Assembly (NCBI GenBank): GCA_963727625.1
Contig: CAVSHR010000004.1
Location: forward strand, 512,001-576,000
DNA length: 64,000 nt
Source of the DNA: an uncultured delta proteobacterium
Lineage (GTDB): Bacteria > Desulfobacterota > Binatia > UBA9968
Direction: 5' to 3'
Below, piece by piece: positions 22,977 to 31,554 of the stretch. Numbering within the stretch: position 1 is the first letter of the stretch; each line of letters opens with the position of its first letter. A model generated the notes under the pieces. The model did not search any database, was not told where the DNA came from, and saw only the letters and a list, made by a program, of their open reading frames with translations. The translations under genes and the position numbers were made by a program.

Positions 22977-23021
22977 AAAAAAAGCCTAAGGATGTCCGCG
23001 AATCGTCTCGCTCCTTAGGCT
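22977..23021 (-). terminator. Terminator/attenuator-like hairpin in the icd leader
   Basis: AGCCUAAGGA / 19-nt loop / UCCUUAGGCU followed by UUUUUU, immediately before the GAGGAG SD. Confidence 0.7.
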
Positions 23022-23052
23022 ATTTGCTAAAAAGTAGATTTGGAACTGATCG

Positions 23053-23081
23053 AAATTAGCTGATTACCCATAGCGAGTCAA
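23053..23081 (-). promoter_or_regulatory. Putative sigma70 promoter of icd
   Basis: TTGACT-17 nt-TAATTT. Confidence 0.55.
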
Positions 23082-23090
23082 GGCGACTCA

Positions 23091-23765
23091 CTAGTCGTTT
23101 TTCTTCTGCTCTAACCATTTTTCCAGGTAACGTCCGGCGACCTCGCGACCGCCTAGGCCGAATGCCAGCGCGAGTGCGAAACAGAGCGCGCCAAAGACCA
23201 GGATAAACGCCCAAATGACGATTTCAGAGGCAATATCGAGGATTTCAAATATCCCGGCTACGACAAAGATCGTCGTGCCGAAATAAGCGGCACGGCCAAT
23301 CGCGCCCGCTTGTGCCAGGCCGGCGTTGGCGCAGGATGTGCGCGTCACCGTCTCCAAAAAATTCGCGAAATAGAGACCGAGAATCAGCGTGACCAGAGCC
23401 GCGACGATTTTTGGAATATAGAGATAAATCGTATGCAAGGTGTCCGTCGCGCCGCTCAGGTTGAGCGTTTCCAGCGTGGTCACGATGGCAATCAAAAAAA
23501 GAAACCAAAAGGTCAGCAGGCCGAGAATATCCGACGCCGACTGCTTGATCCCGCCGCGCTCGAGAATTTGATTGATACCGGCGCGCTCGGCCAGGGCATC
23601 GAATTGGCACAGCTTCAACAGGCGCACCACGATTCTTTTGATGACGTTACAAATGACCCAACCGAGCACGATGATCGCCGCCGAAATAAACAAATTCGGC
23701 AGAAACACCGCGATTTTGGTAACGAACGCATCCCAGAATCCGGTAACCGTAACGATGGGATTCAT
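23091..23765 (-). CDS. CmpX/MscS-associated TM-helix membrane protein
   Basis: Two repeats of the F/Y-L/I-P-N/K-L/I..A..I/L TM motif; C-terminal ALAFGLGGRE. Confidence 0.85.
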   Translation of the reverse strand: MNPIVTVTGFWDAFVTKIAVFLPNLFISAAIIVLGWVICNVIKRIVVRLLKLCQFDALAERAGINQILERGGIKQSASDILGLLTFWFLFLIAIVTTLETLNLSGATDTLHTIYLYIPKIVAALVTLILGLYFANFLETVTRTSCANAGLAQAGAIGRAAYFGTTIFVVAGIFEILDIASEIVIWAFILVFGALCFALALAFGLGGREVAGRYLEKWLEQKKND

Positions 23766-23953
23766 CTATTCCTCCTTCGGATCCGCGCGTGAACTGTTAT
23801 CTAATTAAATAGGGGACTCGCGCCAATAATGTCAATCGATGGCGCTAATTAAACATAAATTCCGGCACACTTGAATCAACGAGGTGCGCCCTCTATATTC
23901 GATGAATTCAATTCTGCGGCATTGCCGTCCGTTGGTTTGATTGGGCTCAAACA

Positions 23954-24661
23954 TTGCGTGTAACCGTCGATAAACTAGCCAAGGCCTTTGGCTTCCTTTG
24001 GGCGCTCAAAGATCTCGATCTCGATCTGGCACCCGGCGAAGCCGTCGCTCTTTTGGGCCCCAACGGCGCCGGCAAAACCACTCTGTTAAGGCTGCTCGCC
24101 GGCCTCAACGCGCCGACGCGCGGCTCCATACGTTTTGACGGCGCAATTTTTTCGCCCAACCTGCCCGAACTACGCGCGCGCATCGGCTTGCTCGCACCCG
24201 CCGATCATCTCTATGAAAACTTGACCCTCCAAGAGAATCTGCGTTTTTTCACCCGCCTCTATGGTCGAAATCCTAGCGCAAGCGCAATCGCCGCGGTTTT
24301 GGAGCAAGTCAACCTGGCGCACCGTGCGGGCGAATTCGTCGCCAATCTATCGAGCGGCATGAAATGCCGGCTCTCCCTCGCCAAGTGGCAGTTGCTCGAA
24401 CCCGAGCTTTTATTGCTTGACGAACCCTACGGAGTTCTGGACGGCAACGGAGTCGACCTATTGGAACATTTTCTCCGCCGGCAATGCGCCAAAGGCAGCG
24501 TCGTGATGATCGCCTCGCACCATGTGTCCCGTGTGCTGCCGCTCTGCAGCCGCGCGGTGATCTTGAGTCAGGGACGCCTGACCTTTAACCAGACGAAGCA
24601 ACACCCATGGCCGGCTTTTGACGAGGCCTTCGGCGAGTTTCTTCCCGAGGGCGGCTCATGA
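23954..24661 (+). CDS. ccmA: Heme export ABC ATPase CcmA
   Basis: GPNGAGKTT, LSSGM, LLLDEP; first gene of the ccm operon. Confidence 0.9.
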   Translation: MRVTVDKLAKAFGFLWALKDLDLDLAPGEAVALLGPNGAGKTTLLRLLAGLNAPTRGSIRFDGAIFSPNLPELRARIGLLAPADHLYENLTLQENLRFFTRLYGRNPSASAIAAVLEQVNLAHRAGEFVANLSSGMKCRLSLAKWQLLEPELLLLDEPYGVLDGNGVDLLEHFLRRQCAKGSVVMIASHHVSRVLPLCSRAVILSQGRLTFNQTKQHPWPAFDEAFGEFLPEGGS

Positions 24662-25335
24662 CTTTGGTGATGCAAGCTTGCTTGCTGCTGCGGAAAGATC
24701 TGCTCTTGGAGCTGCGTCGCCGGGACAGCCTTCTGACCATGTTTTTCTTCGGCACGCTATTGCTTTTTGTTTTCCACTTCTCCTTCGACCTGGCGCCCGA
24801 TCGAATCATCGGCATGGCTCCGGCCATGCTCTGGCTGGCGTTTCTGTTCACCGGCACCTTGGGACTGGCGCAAATGTTTCAGTCGGAGCGCGAGAATCAT
24901 TGTCTGGATGCTCTCTTGCTATCCCCCCTGGACCGCGGCGCGCTCTTTCTCGCCAAAACCGTGTTCAATCTCATATTGATGAGTCTGGTCGAACTCGTCG
25001 TGATTCCGCTTTTTTGGATTTTATTCAATTTGCCCGCATGGAATTTGCTACCGCAGGTTTTTCTCGTTACCTTATTAGGTACCATCGGTTTTTGTGTTTT
25101 AGGTACGCTCATGTCAGCGATCACGTTGAGGGCGCGCGCGCGCGAGCTGTTGCTACCGCTGGTGCTCTTCCCGTTGATGATTCCGGTTATCCTGGCGACG
25201 ATTCGCTGCTTGGAGGAAGTGCTGGGTACCGGCCAGTCTGGCGACGCCGCTCCTTGGCTGCGGTTGCTGATTAGCTATGATGTCATCTTTTCGACCGCGG
25301 GAGTGCTGATTTTCGACTGGGTGATAGAGAGCTGA
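24658..25335 (+). CDS. ccmB: Heme exporter permease CcmB
   Basis: KDLLLELR, RELLLPLVLFPLMIPV; ~6 TM helices. Confidence 0.93.
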   Translation: MTLVMQACLLLRKDLLLELRRRDSLLTMFFFGTLLLFVFHFSFDLAPDRIIGMAPAMLWLAFLFTGTLGLAQMFQSERENHCLDALLLSPLDRGALFLAKTVFNLILMSLVELVVIPLFWILFNLPAWNLLPQVFLVTLLGTIGFCVLGTLMSAITLRARARELLLPLVLFPLMIPVILATIRCLEEVLGTGQSGDAAPWLRLLISYDVIFSTAGVLIFDWVIES

Positions 25336-25337
25336 AT

Positions 25338-26045
25338 ATGGCCGAACGACTGCAACCGCTAAGACGTAGAAAAGGCATTCTTGGAGGACTGGCGCTGGTG
25401 GCCGTCGGGGTCGGTCTCTATTGGGCGCTGATCGTCGCGCCGCCGGACGCCTATCAAGGCGAGGTGCAGCGCATCATGTATCTCCATCTGCCGAGCATTT
25501 TGATCGCCTACCTCTCGTATTTTCTGGTGTTCGTCGGCAGCGGACTGTATTTGTGGAAGCGCGAAAAGCGCGACGACCTGCTAGCCCATGCCGCGGCGGA
25601 AATCGGCGTGCTGTTTACCGCGCTCACCATCGCCGAAGGATCGATCTGGGGCCGGCCCACCTGGGGCGTGTGGTGGACTTGGGACGCGCGCTTAACCTTG
25701 ACCGCGATCTTGTTGTTAATTTACACGGGCTATCTGATGTTACGCTCATTGATTGAAGACGAAAGTCGCGCCGCCAGCGCGGCCGCCGTGCTGGGCATCA
25801 TCGGCTTTCTCGATATTCCGTTAATACACATGTCGGTTTACTGGTGGCGCACCCTGCACCAGCCGCCGTCGATTTTGCGGCCCGATAAGGCTCCCTGGGA
25901 AAATGTCGATCCGAGCATGCTGACCGCGTTAGCGATCAGCTTCGTCGGCTTTCTGCTGCTTTATTTTTATCTGATGTCGCTGCGCTACCGGGTCGGCGAG
26001 ATGCGCGAAGAAATCAAGGCGCGGCGCTTGGCGCGAGGTGAATGA
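25338..26045 (+). CDS. ccmC: Heme chaperone loader CcmC
   Basis: RIMYLHLP, WGRPTWGVWWTWDARLT (WWD domain), WRTLHQ. Confidence 0.96.
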   Translation: MAERLQPLRRRKGILGGLALVAVGVGLYWALIVAPPDAYQGEVQRIMYLHLPSILIAYLSYFLVFVGSGLYLWKREKRDDLLAHAAAEIGVLFTALTIAEGSIWGRPTWGVWWTWDARLTLTAILLLIYTGYLMLRSLIEDESRAASAAAVLGIIGFLDIPLIHMSVYWWRTLHQPPSILRPDKAPWENVDPSMLTALAISFVGFLLLYFYLMSLRYRVGEMREEIKARRLARGE

Positions 26046-26200
26046 TGGGGCCCTGGGGCTTTGTATCCCTAGCTTACGGAATTGTTTGGGGTGTGATCCT
26101 GGTGTATTTGTATAATTTGAAGCGGCGCTACAATCGCGCGGCTGCCGAACTACAAGAGTTGGAATCGACGGAGGCCAATGCTGGCAATGCGAAGAAATAG
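26045..26200 (+). CDS. ccmD: Heme exporter protein CcmD (51 aa, absent from the ORF track)
   Basis: MGPWGFVSLAYGIVWGVILVYLYNLKRRYNRAAAELQELES..; TM with AY motif plus a charged tail; lies between ccmC and ccmE. Confidence 0.85.
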   Translation: MGPWGFVSLAYGIVWGVILVYLYNLKRRYNRAAAELQELESTEANAGNAKK

Positions 26201-26630
26201 GCGTTTATTGATTGGCGGCGTCATCATCTTAGCGGCGATCTCTTATTTGGTTGTAGGCGGCATGAAGGAAGCCCTGGTGTACTTTAAAATGCCCTCGGAA
26301 CTACGTGCGGAAGAGTCCGCGATGAAAGGCAAATTCGTGCGCATGGGCGGGATGGTGGTCAAAGGCTCGCTGCAAAAGGATTTAAGGACTCTTACCTATC
26401 GTTTCGATCTCAGCGACGGTAAAACCACATTTCCAGTATTCTTCAAAGGCGTGCCACCGGATCTTTTTACCGAAGGCAAAGGCGCGGTGGTCGAAGGACG
26501 AATCGGTTCCGACGGCGTGTTTCAAGCATCGACCATCATGGCCAAGCACGCCGAGGAATATAGTCCCCACCCCGACGGCGAGCCGCCAACAAAAAGTTTC
26601 GTTCCGGCCAAGGAAGCCGCCGCCAAGTGA
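26187..26630 (+). CDS. ccmE: Heme chaperone CcmE (start 26187 or 26178)
   Basis: VRMGGMV, PDLFTEG, AKHAEEY (canonical HxxxY). Confidence 0.95.
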   Translation: MRRNRRLLIGGVIILAAISYLVVGGMKEALVYFKMPSELRAEESAMKGKFVRMGGMVVKGSLQKDLRTLTYRFDLSDGKTTFPVFFKGVPPDLFTEGKGAVVEGRIGSDGVFQASTIMAKHAEEYSPHPDGEPPTKSFVPAKEAAAK

Positions 26631-28588
26631 CCTCTACCCTGGGCCACACATCGATTCTGCTGGCCTTTTGTATGGCGCTTTGCGGGATCGTCAGTCCGAT
26701 CATCGCCGCGCGCTCCGGCCAGGAGCGCTATTTGTCGGTCGCTCGCTATGCCATCTTTGGCCAATTTCTCTTGGTTACAACGGCCGCGGCGGCACTGATT
26801 TACGGCCTGGTGACCACCGATTTTTCGATCAAATACGTCGCCTTCAACACCACCCGGGCCACACCGATTTACTATCGCATAACCGGCCTGTGGGGTGCTC
26901 TGGAAGGTTCGCTGCTGCTTTGGGAATGGATTCTGATCATCTTTTCCGGCATCATCGCGTGGATTTACCGCGACCGACACAAGGACACCCTGCCTTGGGT
27001 GATTATGATTTTTTCCATCATCTCGGCGTTTTTTCTCGGCGTCGTCGGCCTACTCTCCAATCCCTTCGAGACCATGTCACCGATTCCTCTGGATGGGCGC
27101 GGCTTAAACCCGCTGCTCGAAGACGCCAACATGATGACCCACCCGCCCTTGCTTTATACCGGATTCGTCGGCCTCACCGTGCCCTACGCCTTCGCCATGG
27201 CAGCTTTGATCGTCGGCAAGCTTGACGAAGCCTGGATTGTCACCACGCGGCGCTGGACGATCATCGCCTGGTTCTTTCTCACCGCGGGTAATTTAGTCGG
27301 CGCGTGGTGGTCGTATCACGTACTCGGCTGGGGCGGCTATTGGGCCTGGGACCCGGTGGAAAACGCCGCATTCATGCCCTGGCTGCCGGCCACCGCTTTT
27401 CTTCATTCGATTCAGGTGCAGGAGCGCCGCCGCATGTTGAAAGTGTGGAATTTATCTTTGATCATCATCGCCTTCAGCCTTACCATCTTCGGCACCTTCC
27501 TCACCCGATCCGGGGTTTTATCGTCGATCCACGCCTTTTCGTCGGGACCGGTCGGCGGATTTTTTCTCGCATTCCTAGGCATTATTCTGCTCGGCTCCTT
27601 CGGCCTGGTCGCCTATCGAGCCGATTTGCTAAAAGAACAGCCCGAGCTTGACTCCATGGTCAGCCGTGAATCGGCTTTTTTGTTAAACAATATCGTCCTG
27701 GTCTCAGCGCTGTTCACGATTTTCCTTGGCACGATCTTTCCGTTGCTTTCCGAGGCGGTCGCTGGCGTTCAGGTAAGCGTTGGCGCGCCCTATTTTAACT
27801 CCGTTACCGTACCGTTGTTTTTGATTTTGGTCTTTCTCATGGCTGTCGGACCGATGATTGCCTGGCGGCGCGCCTCCTGGGACAACTTGAAACGCAATTT
27901 CCTCATACCGGCGGCGGCTTCGTTGCTATTCGCTATGGCGCTGTTTGTCTGGAAAGTCCAGGATTTTCTGCCGCTCTTGGGTTTTACCCTCCTGGCCTTT
28001 GTCGTGCTCTCGATCCTTTACGATACCGCGCTGGCACTGCGCGCGCGCCATCGCATCGCCGGCGAAGGCATCCTGGGAGGCCTGCTCACGCTTGCCCGAC
28101 GCAATCAACGTCGCTATGGCGGCTTAGTCGTCCACCTCGGGGTCGTCCTGATCATGATGGGCATCGGCGGCTCAATGTCTTATAGCCTGGAAAAAGAGGC
28201 CACCCTCGGCATCAATCACGATCTCAACATCGGCAACTATCGGGTGCAATTTCAAGGTTTGAAGGGGTCCCAGCAACCGACGCACTTTCGTGTCGAGGCC
28301 GACTTCCGGGTATTTCACAACGGCAATGACGAAGGCATCATGAACCCGGCGCTGAAATTTTTTCCTACTCAGGAATCACCCATCGGCCGTGCCGTGCATC
28401 AAAGCAGCCTGACCGAAGACATTTATTTGATCCTTTCGGGGTTCAGCGAGGTCGACCGCAACCAAGCGACGCTAAAAGTCCTGGTTCGTCCGCTGGTTGT
28501 TTGGATGTGGATCGGCGGCTTCGTCATCGCCCTGGGGACGTTGGTATGTATCTGGCCGATGAGGAAAGCAGAGTTCGCGGAATCATGA
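26627..28588 (+). CDS. ccmF: Cytochrome c heme lyase CcmF
   Basis: EGSLLLW, GRGLNPLL, HPPLLY, WGGYWAWDPVEN, RSGVLSSIHAF. Confidence 0.97.
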   Translation: MTSTLGHTSILLAFCMALCGIVSPIIAARSGQERYLSVARYAIFGQFLLVTTAAAALIYGLVTTDFSIKYVAFNTTRATPIYYRITGLWGALEGSLLLWEWILIIFSGIIAWIYRDRHKDTLPWVIMIFSIISAFFLGVVGLLSNPFETMSPIPLDGRGLNPLLEDANMMTHPPLLYTGFVGLTVPYAFAMAALIVGKLDEAWIVTTRRWTIIAWFFLTAGNLVGAWWSYHVLGWGGYWAWDPVENAAFMPWLPATAFLHSIQVQERRRMLKVWNLSLIIIAFSLTIFGTFLTRSGVLSSIHAFSSGPVGGFFLAFLGIILLGSFGLVAYRADLLKEQPELDSMVSRESAFLLNNIVLVSALFTIFLGTIFPLLSEAVAGVQVSVGAPYFNSVTVPLFLILVFLMAVGPMIAWRRASWDNLKRNFLIPAAASLLFAMALFVWKVQDFLPLLGFTLLAFVVLSILYDTALALRARHRIAGEGILGGLLTLARRNQRRYGGLVVHLGVVLIMMGIGGSMSYSLEKEATLGINHDLNIGNYRVQFQGLKGSQQPTHFRVEADFRVFHNGNDEGIMNPALKFFPTQESPIGRAVHQSSLTEDIYLILSGFSEVDRNQATLKVLVRPLVVWMWIGGFVIALGTLVCIWPMRKAEFAES

Positions 28589-28651
28589 TCGGTTTCGAAG
28601 TTGGAATGTTTTTTGACCGTTGCCGCCCTGTCGCGCGCATAGAGAATTGAA

Positions 28652-29218
28652 ATGCCCTGGCGCCGCTTAGCGATCACACTTGCGATCATCGGCCCGATTC
28701 TGGCGCTACTGGCTTTCGGTTTTACCCGAGACGCTCACTATATCACCTCGCCGCTGCTTGCCAAGCCGGCTACACCTTTTGCCATCACCTTGTTCGACGG
28801 CCGCAAACTTACCTTGAACGACTTGCGCGGCAAAGCGGTGTTTTTGAATTTCTGGGCATCGTGGTGTTTGCCCTGTCGCGACGAAGCGCGCGACCTTGAA
28901 GCCGCTTGGCAGAAAGTCAAAGACCGGAACATGGTCTTTCTCGGTGTCGCGCTACAAGACACCGAAGAAAATTCCCGCAAATTTCTAAAAGAATTTAACA
29001 TCACTTATCCGAACGGTAAGGATGAGAGCGGCAAGATCGGTATCGACTACGGCACCTGGGGCATACCCGAAAGCTTTTTCATCGATCCGCAAGGACGGAT
29101 CACTTACAAGCACGTCGGCGGCATCCGCGCGGCGCTGGTCGTTGCCAAGCTCGAGGATGCGGCTAAAGGCATCGTGAGCGCCCAGGAAGGGCGCGGCGAT
29201 TACCAGGGGGTCAAGTAA
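28652..29218 (+). CDS. ccmG: TlpA/CcmG thiol-disulfide oxidoreductase
   Basis: N-terminal TM, NFWASWCLPC, GIPESFFID. Confidence 0.88.
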   Translation: MPWRRLAITLAIIGPILALLAFGFTRDAHYITSPLLAKPATPFAITLFDGRKLTLNDLRGKAVFLNFWASWCLPCRDEARDLEAAWQKVKDRNMVFLGVALQDTEENSRKFLKEFNITYPNGKDESGKIGIDYGTWGIPESFFIDPQGRITYKHVGGIRAALVVAKLEDAAKGIVSAQEGRGDYQGVK

Positions 29219-29220
29219 GC

Positions 29221-30879
29221 ATGCTGTTCGTGCGCGCGCTAATGGTCGTTTACGCGCTATGGGTTTTACCCGGTCATATTCTCCAGGCCGCGCCCGCGCC
29301 CGATATCGAACAGCGAACGCGGGCGATTGCCACCGACCTGCGCTGCGTGGTTTGCCAGAATCTCTCGGTCGCCGACTCTCCTTCGGAAATGGCCCAGCAG
29401 ATGCGCGCCATCGTGCGCCAACAAGTGGAGGCCGGCAAATCGCCCGAGGAAATTAAAAATTTCTTTGTCTCGAAGTATGGCGAGTGGGTGCTGCTCAAGC
29501 CCAAGACCAGCGGCTTCGCCGCCCTATTATGGATCTTACCCTACATCGTCCTTTTGCTCGGTATCCTCGCCGCGCTATGGTTTCTGCGGCGCTGGTCCTC
29601 AGCGAAAAAAGACAAACAAATTTCCGCCGAGCCGTCGCCGGTCAGCGAGGAAATGCGCCGGGAATTTTTAAGCGAAGAATTCGCCACGCCGGAGTTGGAA
29701 GATGCCAGTCCCCGCGCGAGTTTGCTCCGTGACCAAAATAGGCTGAAAAGCGAGCTGGCCGAACTCGAATTCGATTTTCAGTCCGGTAAACTCTCTGACT
29801 CCGACTACTCGGCGTTGAAGCAAGAAATTGAAACCAAAGCGGGTGCCGTGATCGCTCAGATTCACGCTCTGCCCGCGGAGCCAAGTCCTAAAAGACCGGC
29901 CAAAGCAAAGCCCATCGAGCAAAACGCGCCAGGGAGTGGTGCGAACCCAGCACGAATTCGCCGATGGCAACTGATAACCGGCGGACTTTTTCTGATGCTT
30001 TTCGGCCTTGCGCTCGGCGTAATGCTAACGAAATCGCTTCGGCCGCGCGGCTCCGAAGGCGACACGATGACAGGCGATTTTCTCACCGGCACGAGCTCAC
30101 CATCCGGCGACGTCCGCGCCGCCCTGGAAGAAGGCAAAAGAGCCTTCGGCACGCAGGAGTTTCCCAAAGCGATCGAATCGTTCAAAAAAGTTTTAGCGGT
30201 CGAGCCGAATAATCCGGAAGCGCACAGCTATATGGGATTTATACTGGTGCAAGCCGGCCACGGCGAAGGCGCGTTGATGGCGTTCGACAAAGCTCTGTCC
30301 CAGGCACCAAATTTTCCCATGGCGCTGTGGGGAAAAGGAATGGTTCTGTACCAGGATAAAAAGGATTTCGCCGGCGCCCGCGAAATCTTCGAGCGTTTAT
30401 TGAATCTCGTGCCGCCCGGTGAGGAACGAAACGAGATCACCAAGGTGCTCGCCGAAATTCCCGCAACCGGAGGGAAAAAGGGTCCAGCGGCAGCGACTGC
30501 CGCGGCTTCACCCGCTGCGCCCGCATCCTCGTCGCAAATCAGCGGCAAGATCACTATTGATTCGAAGCTCAAAGCCAAACTGGACCCCAATGCCGCGCTG
30601 TTCATCATCGCCCGTCCCGCCGGAGGCGCCGGCGGCCCGCCCCTCGCGGTCAAAAAAATCGACCGCCCGACTTTTCCGCTGGACTATAGCTTGAGCCAGC
30701 AAGACGTGATGATGCAAGGCATGCCTTTCACCGGCAAGATCAATATCACCATCCGCCTCGACAAAGACGGCAACCCCATCACCCACACCCCCGGCGACAT
30801 GAGCGGCGACTACAAGAAAAATCCGGTGGAAGTGGGGTCGAAGAATGTGGATATCGTGATTGATCAGCAAACGCGCTGA
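29221..30879 (+). CDS. ccmH: CcmH-CcmI(CycH) fusion with TPR and C-terminal domain
   Basis: LRCVVCQN..DS, FVSKYGEWVL; CcmI-like ELEFDFQSGKLSDSDY; TPR repeats; CycH-like C-terminus PPLAVKK..FPLDYSLS. Confidence 0.88.
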   Translation: MLFVRALMVVYALWVLPGHILQAAPAPDIEQRTRAIATDLRCVVCQNLSVADSPSEMAQQMRAIVRQQVEAGKSPEEIKNFFVSKYGEWVLLKPKTSGFAALLWILPYIVLLLGILAALWFLRRWSSAKKDKQISAEPSPVSEEMRREFLSEEFATPELEDASPRASLLRDQNRLKSELAELEFDFQSGKLSDSDYSALKQEIETKAGAVIAQIHALPAEPSPKRPAKAKPIEQNAPGSGANPARIRRWQLITGGLFLMLFGLALGVMLTKSLRPRGSEGDTMTGDFLTGTSSPSGDVRAALEEGKRAFGTQEFPKAIESFKKVLAVEPNNPEAHSYMGFILVQAGHGEGALMAFDKALSQAPNFPMALWGKGMVLYQDKKDFAGAREIFERLLNLVPPGEERNEITKVLAEIPATGGKKGPAAATAAASPAAPASSSQISGKITIDSKLKAKLDPNAALFIIARPAGGAGGPPLAVKKIDRPTFPLDYSLSQQDVMMQGMPFTGKINITIRLDKDGNPITHTPGDMSGDYKKNPVEVGSKNVDIVIDQQTR

Positions 30880-31155
30880 TGACGTAAGGTGCACGTCTCC
30901 AGGCGAAGAATCGTCCGCACCAGCCTACATTCGGCGTGTGCAATGGTAATACACTGAAGTAAGGTGCTGCTCTATTCACTGGTGGGCATGATCGCGTTTG
31001 GTTTCATGCGGCTTTTCGCGCCCACCAAAGCGCTCAATCCGACGGTCCCGCCTCCGGAGGCCCTGCGTCTTAGCTTAAGAATTAAGTGGCCAGCGACAAA
31101 CCTATCCATATCTCAAAGCCAATATCGCCTGTGCACCGATCACGATCCCTCGCGA

Positions 31156-31503
31156 CTACGTGTATCTCCGATAAATCGCGTCCGTCTTAGCCGCCATGAT
31201 GAAATCGTTCTTGTGCAGGTTTTTGATCTTGTGCGTCCACCAGGTGACGGCGACTTTGCCCCACTCCGTAGTTAGTCGCGGGTGATGGCCTTCTTCTTCG
31301 GCGGCGGCGCCGACGGCGTCGGTGAAGGCGATGGCGTCTTTGAAATTTTTGAATTTAAACTCGCGGTCGAGCTTGGGAATCTTGTCTTCGGTGATGATCT
31401 TCCACTCGGGTATTCTTGGCTGAAGCTCGTTGACTTCCTCCGGCGTCACCGAGGGCGCGCCGACCCGGCAGGCTACGCATTTTTGTTCGGTCAGCTGTTC
31501 CAT
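31156..31503 (-). CDS. Pterin-4-alpha-carbinolamine dehydratase
   Basis: FKFKNF, EEEGHHP..W..WTH..ND catalytic pattern; start at ATG 31503. Confidence 0.93.
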   Translation of the reverse strand: MEQLTEQKCVACRVGAPSVTPEEVNELQPRIPEWKIITEDKIPKLDREFKFKNFKDAIAFTDAVGAAAEEEGHHPRLTTEWGKVAVTWWTHKIKNLHKNDFIMAAKTDAIYRRYT

Positions 31504-31510
31504 TTTCGCC

Positions 31511-31548
31511 CTCCAATAATCCAAAACTCCATCACTCCAATACTCCAA
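31511..31548. repeat. Octamer tandem repeat, about 5 degenerate copies of CTCCAATA
   Basis: CTCCAATA ATCCAAAA CTCCATCA CTCCAATA CTCCAA. Confidence 0.75.
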
Positions 31549-31554
31549 CCCGCT

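Noticed and set aside
30880-31155. REP-like sequence (GTAAGGTGC twice, ..GCACCAGCCTAC) and the ORF at 30964..31275
   Set aside because: The palindrome is too degenerate and has no other copy in the window. The ORF overlaps the PCD gene in antisense and at best resembles a membrane-protein fragment.
31511-31548. CRISPR array
   Set aside because: 8-nt tandem units without spacers; no cas genes in the window.
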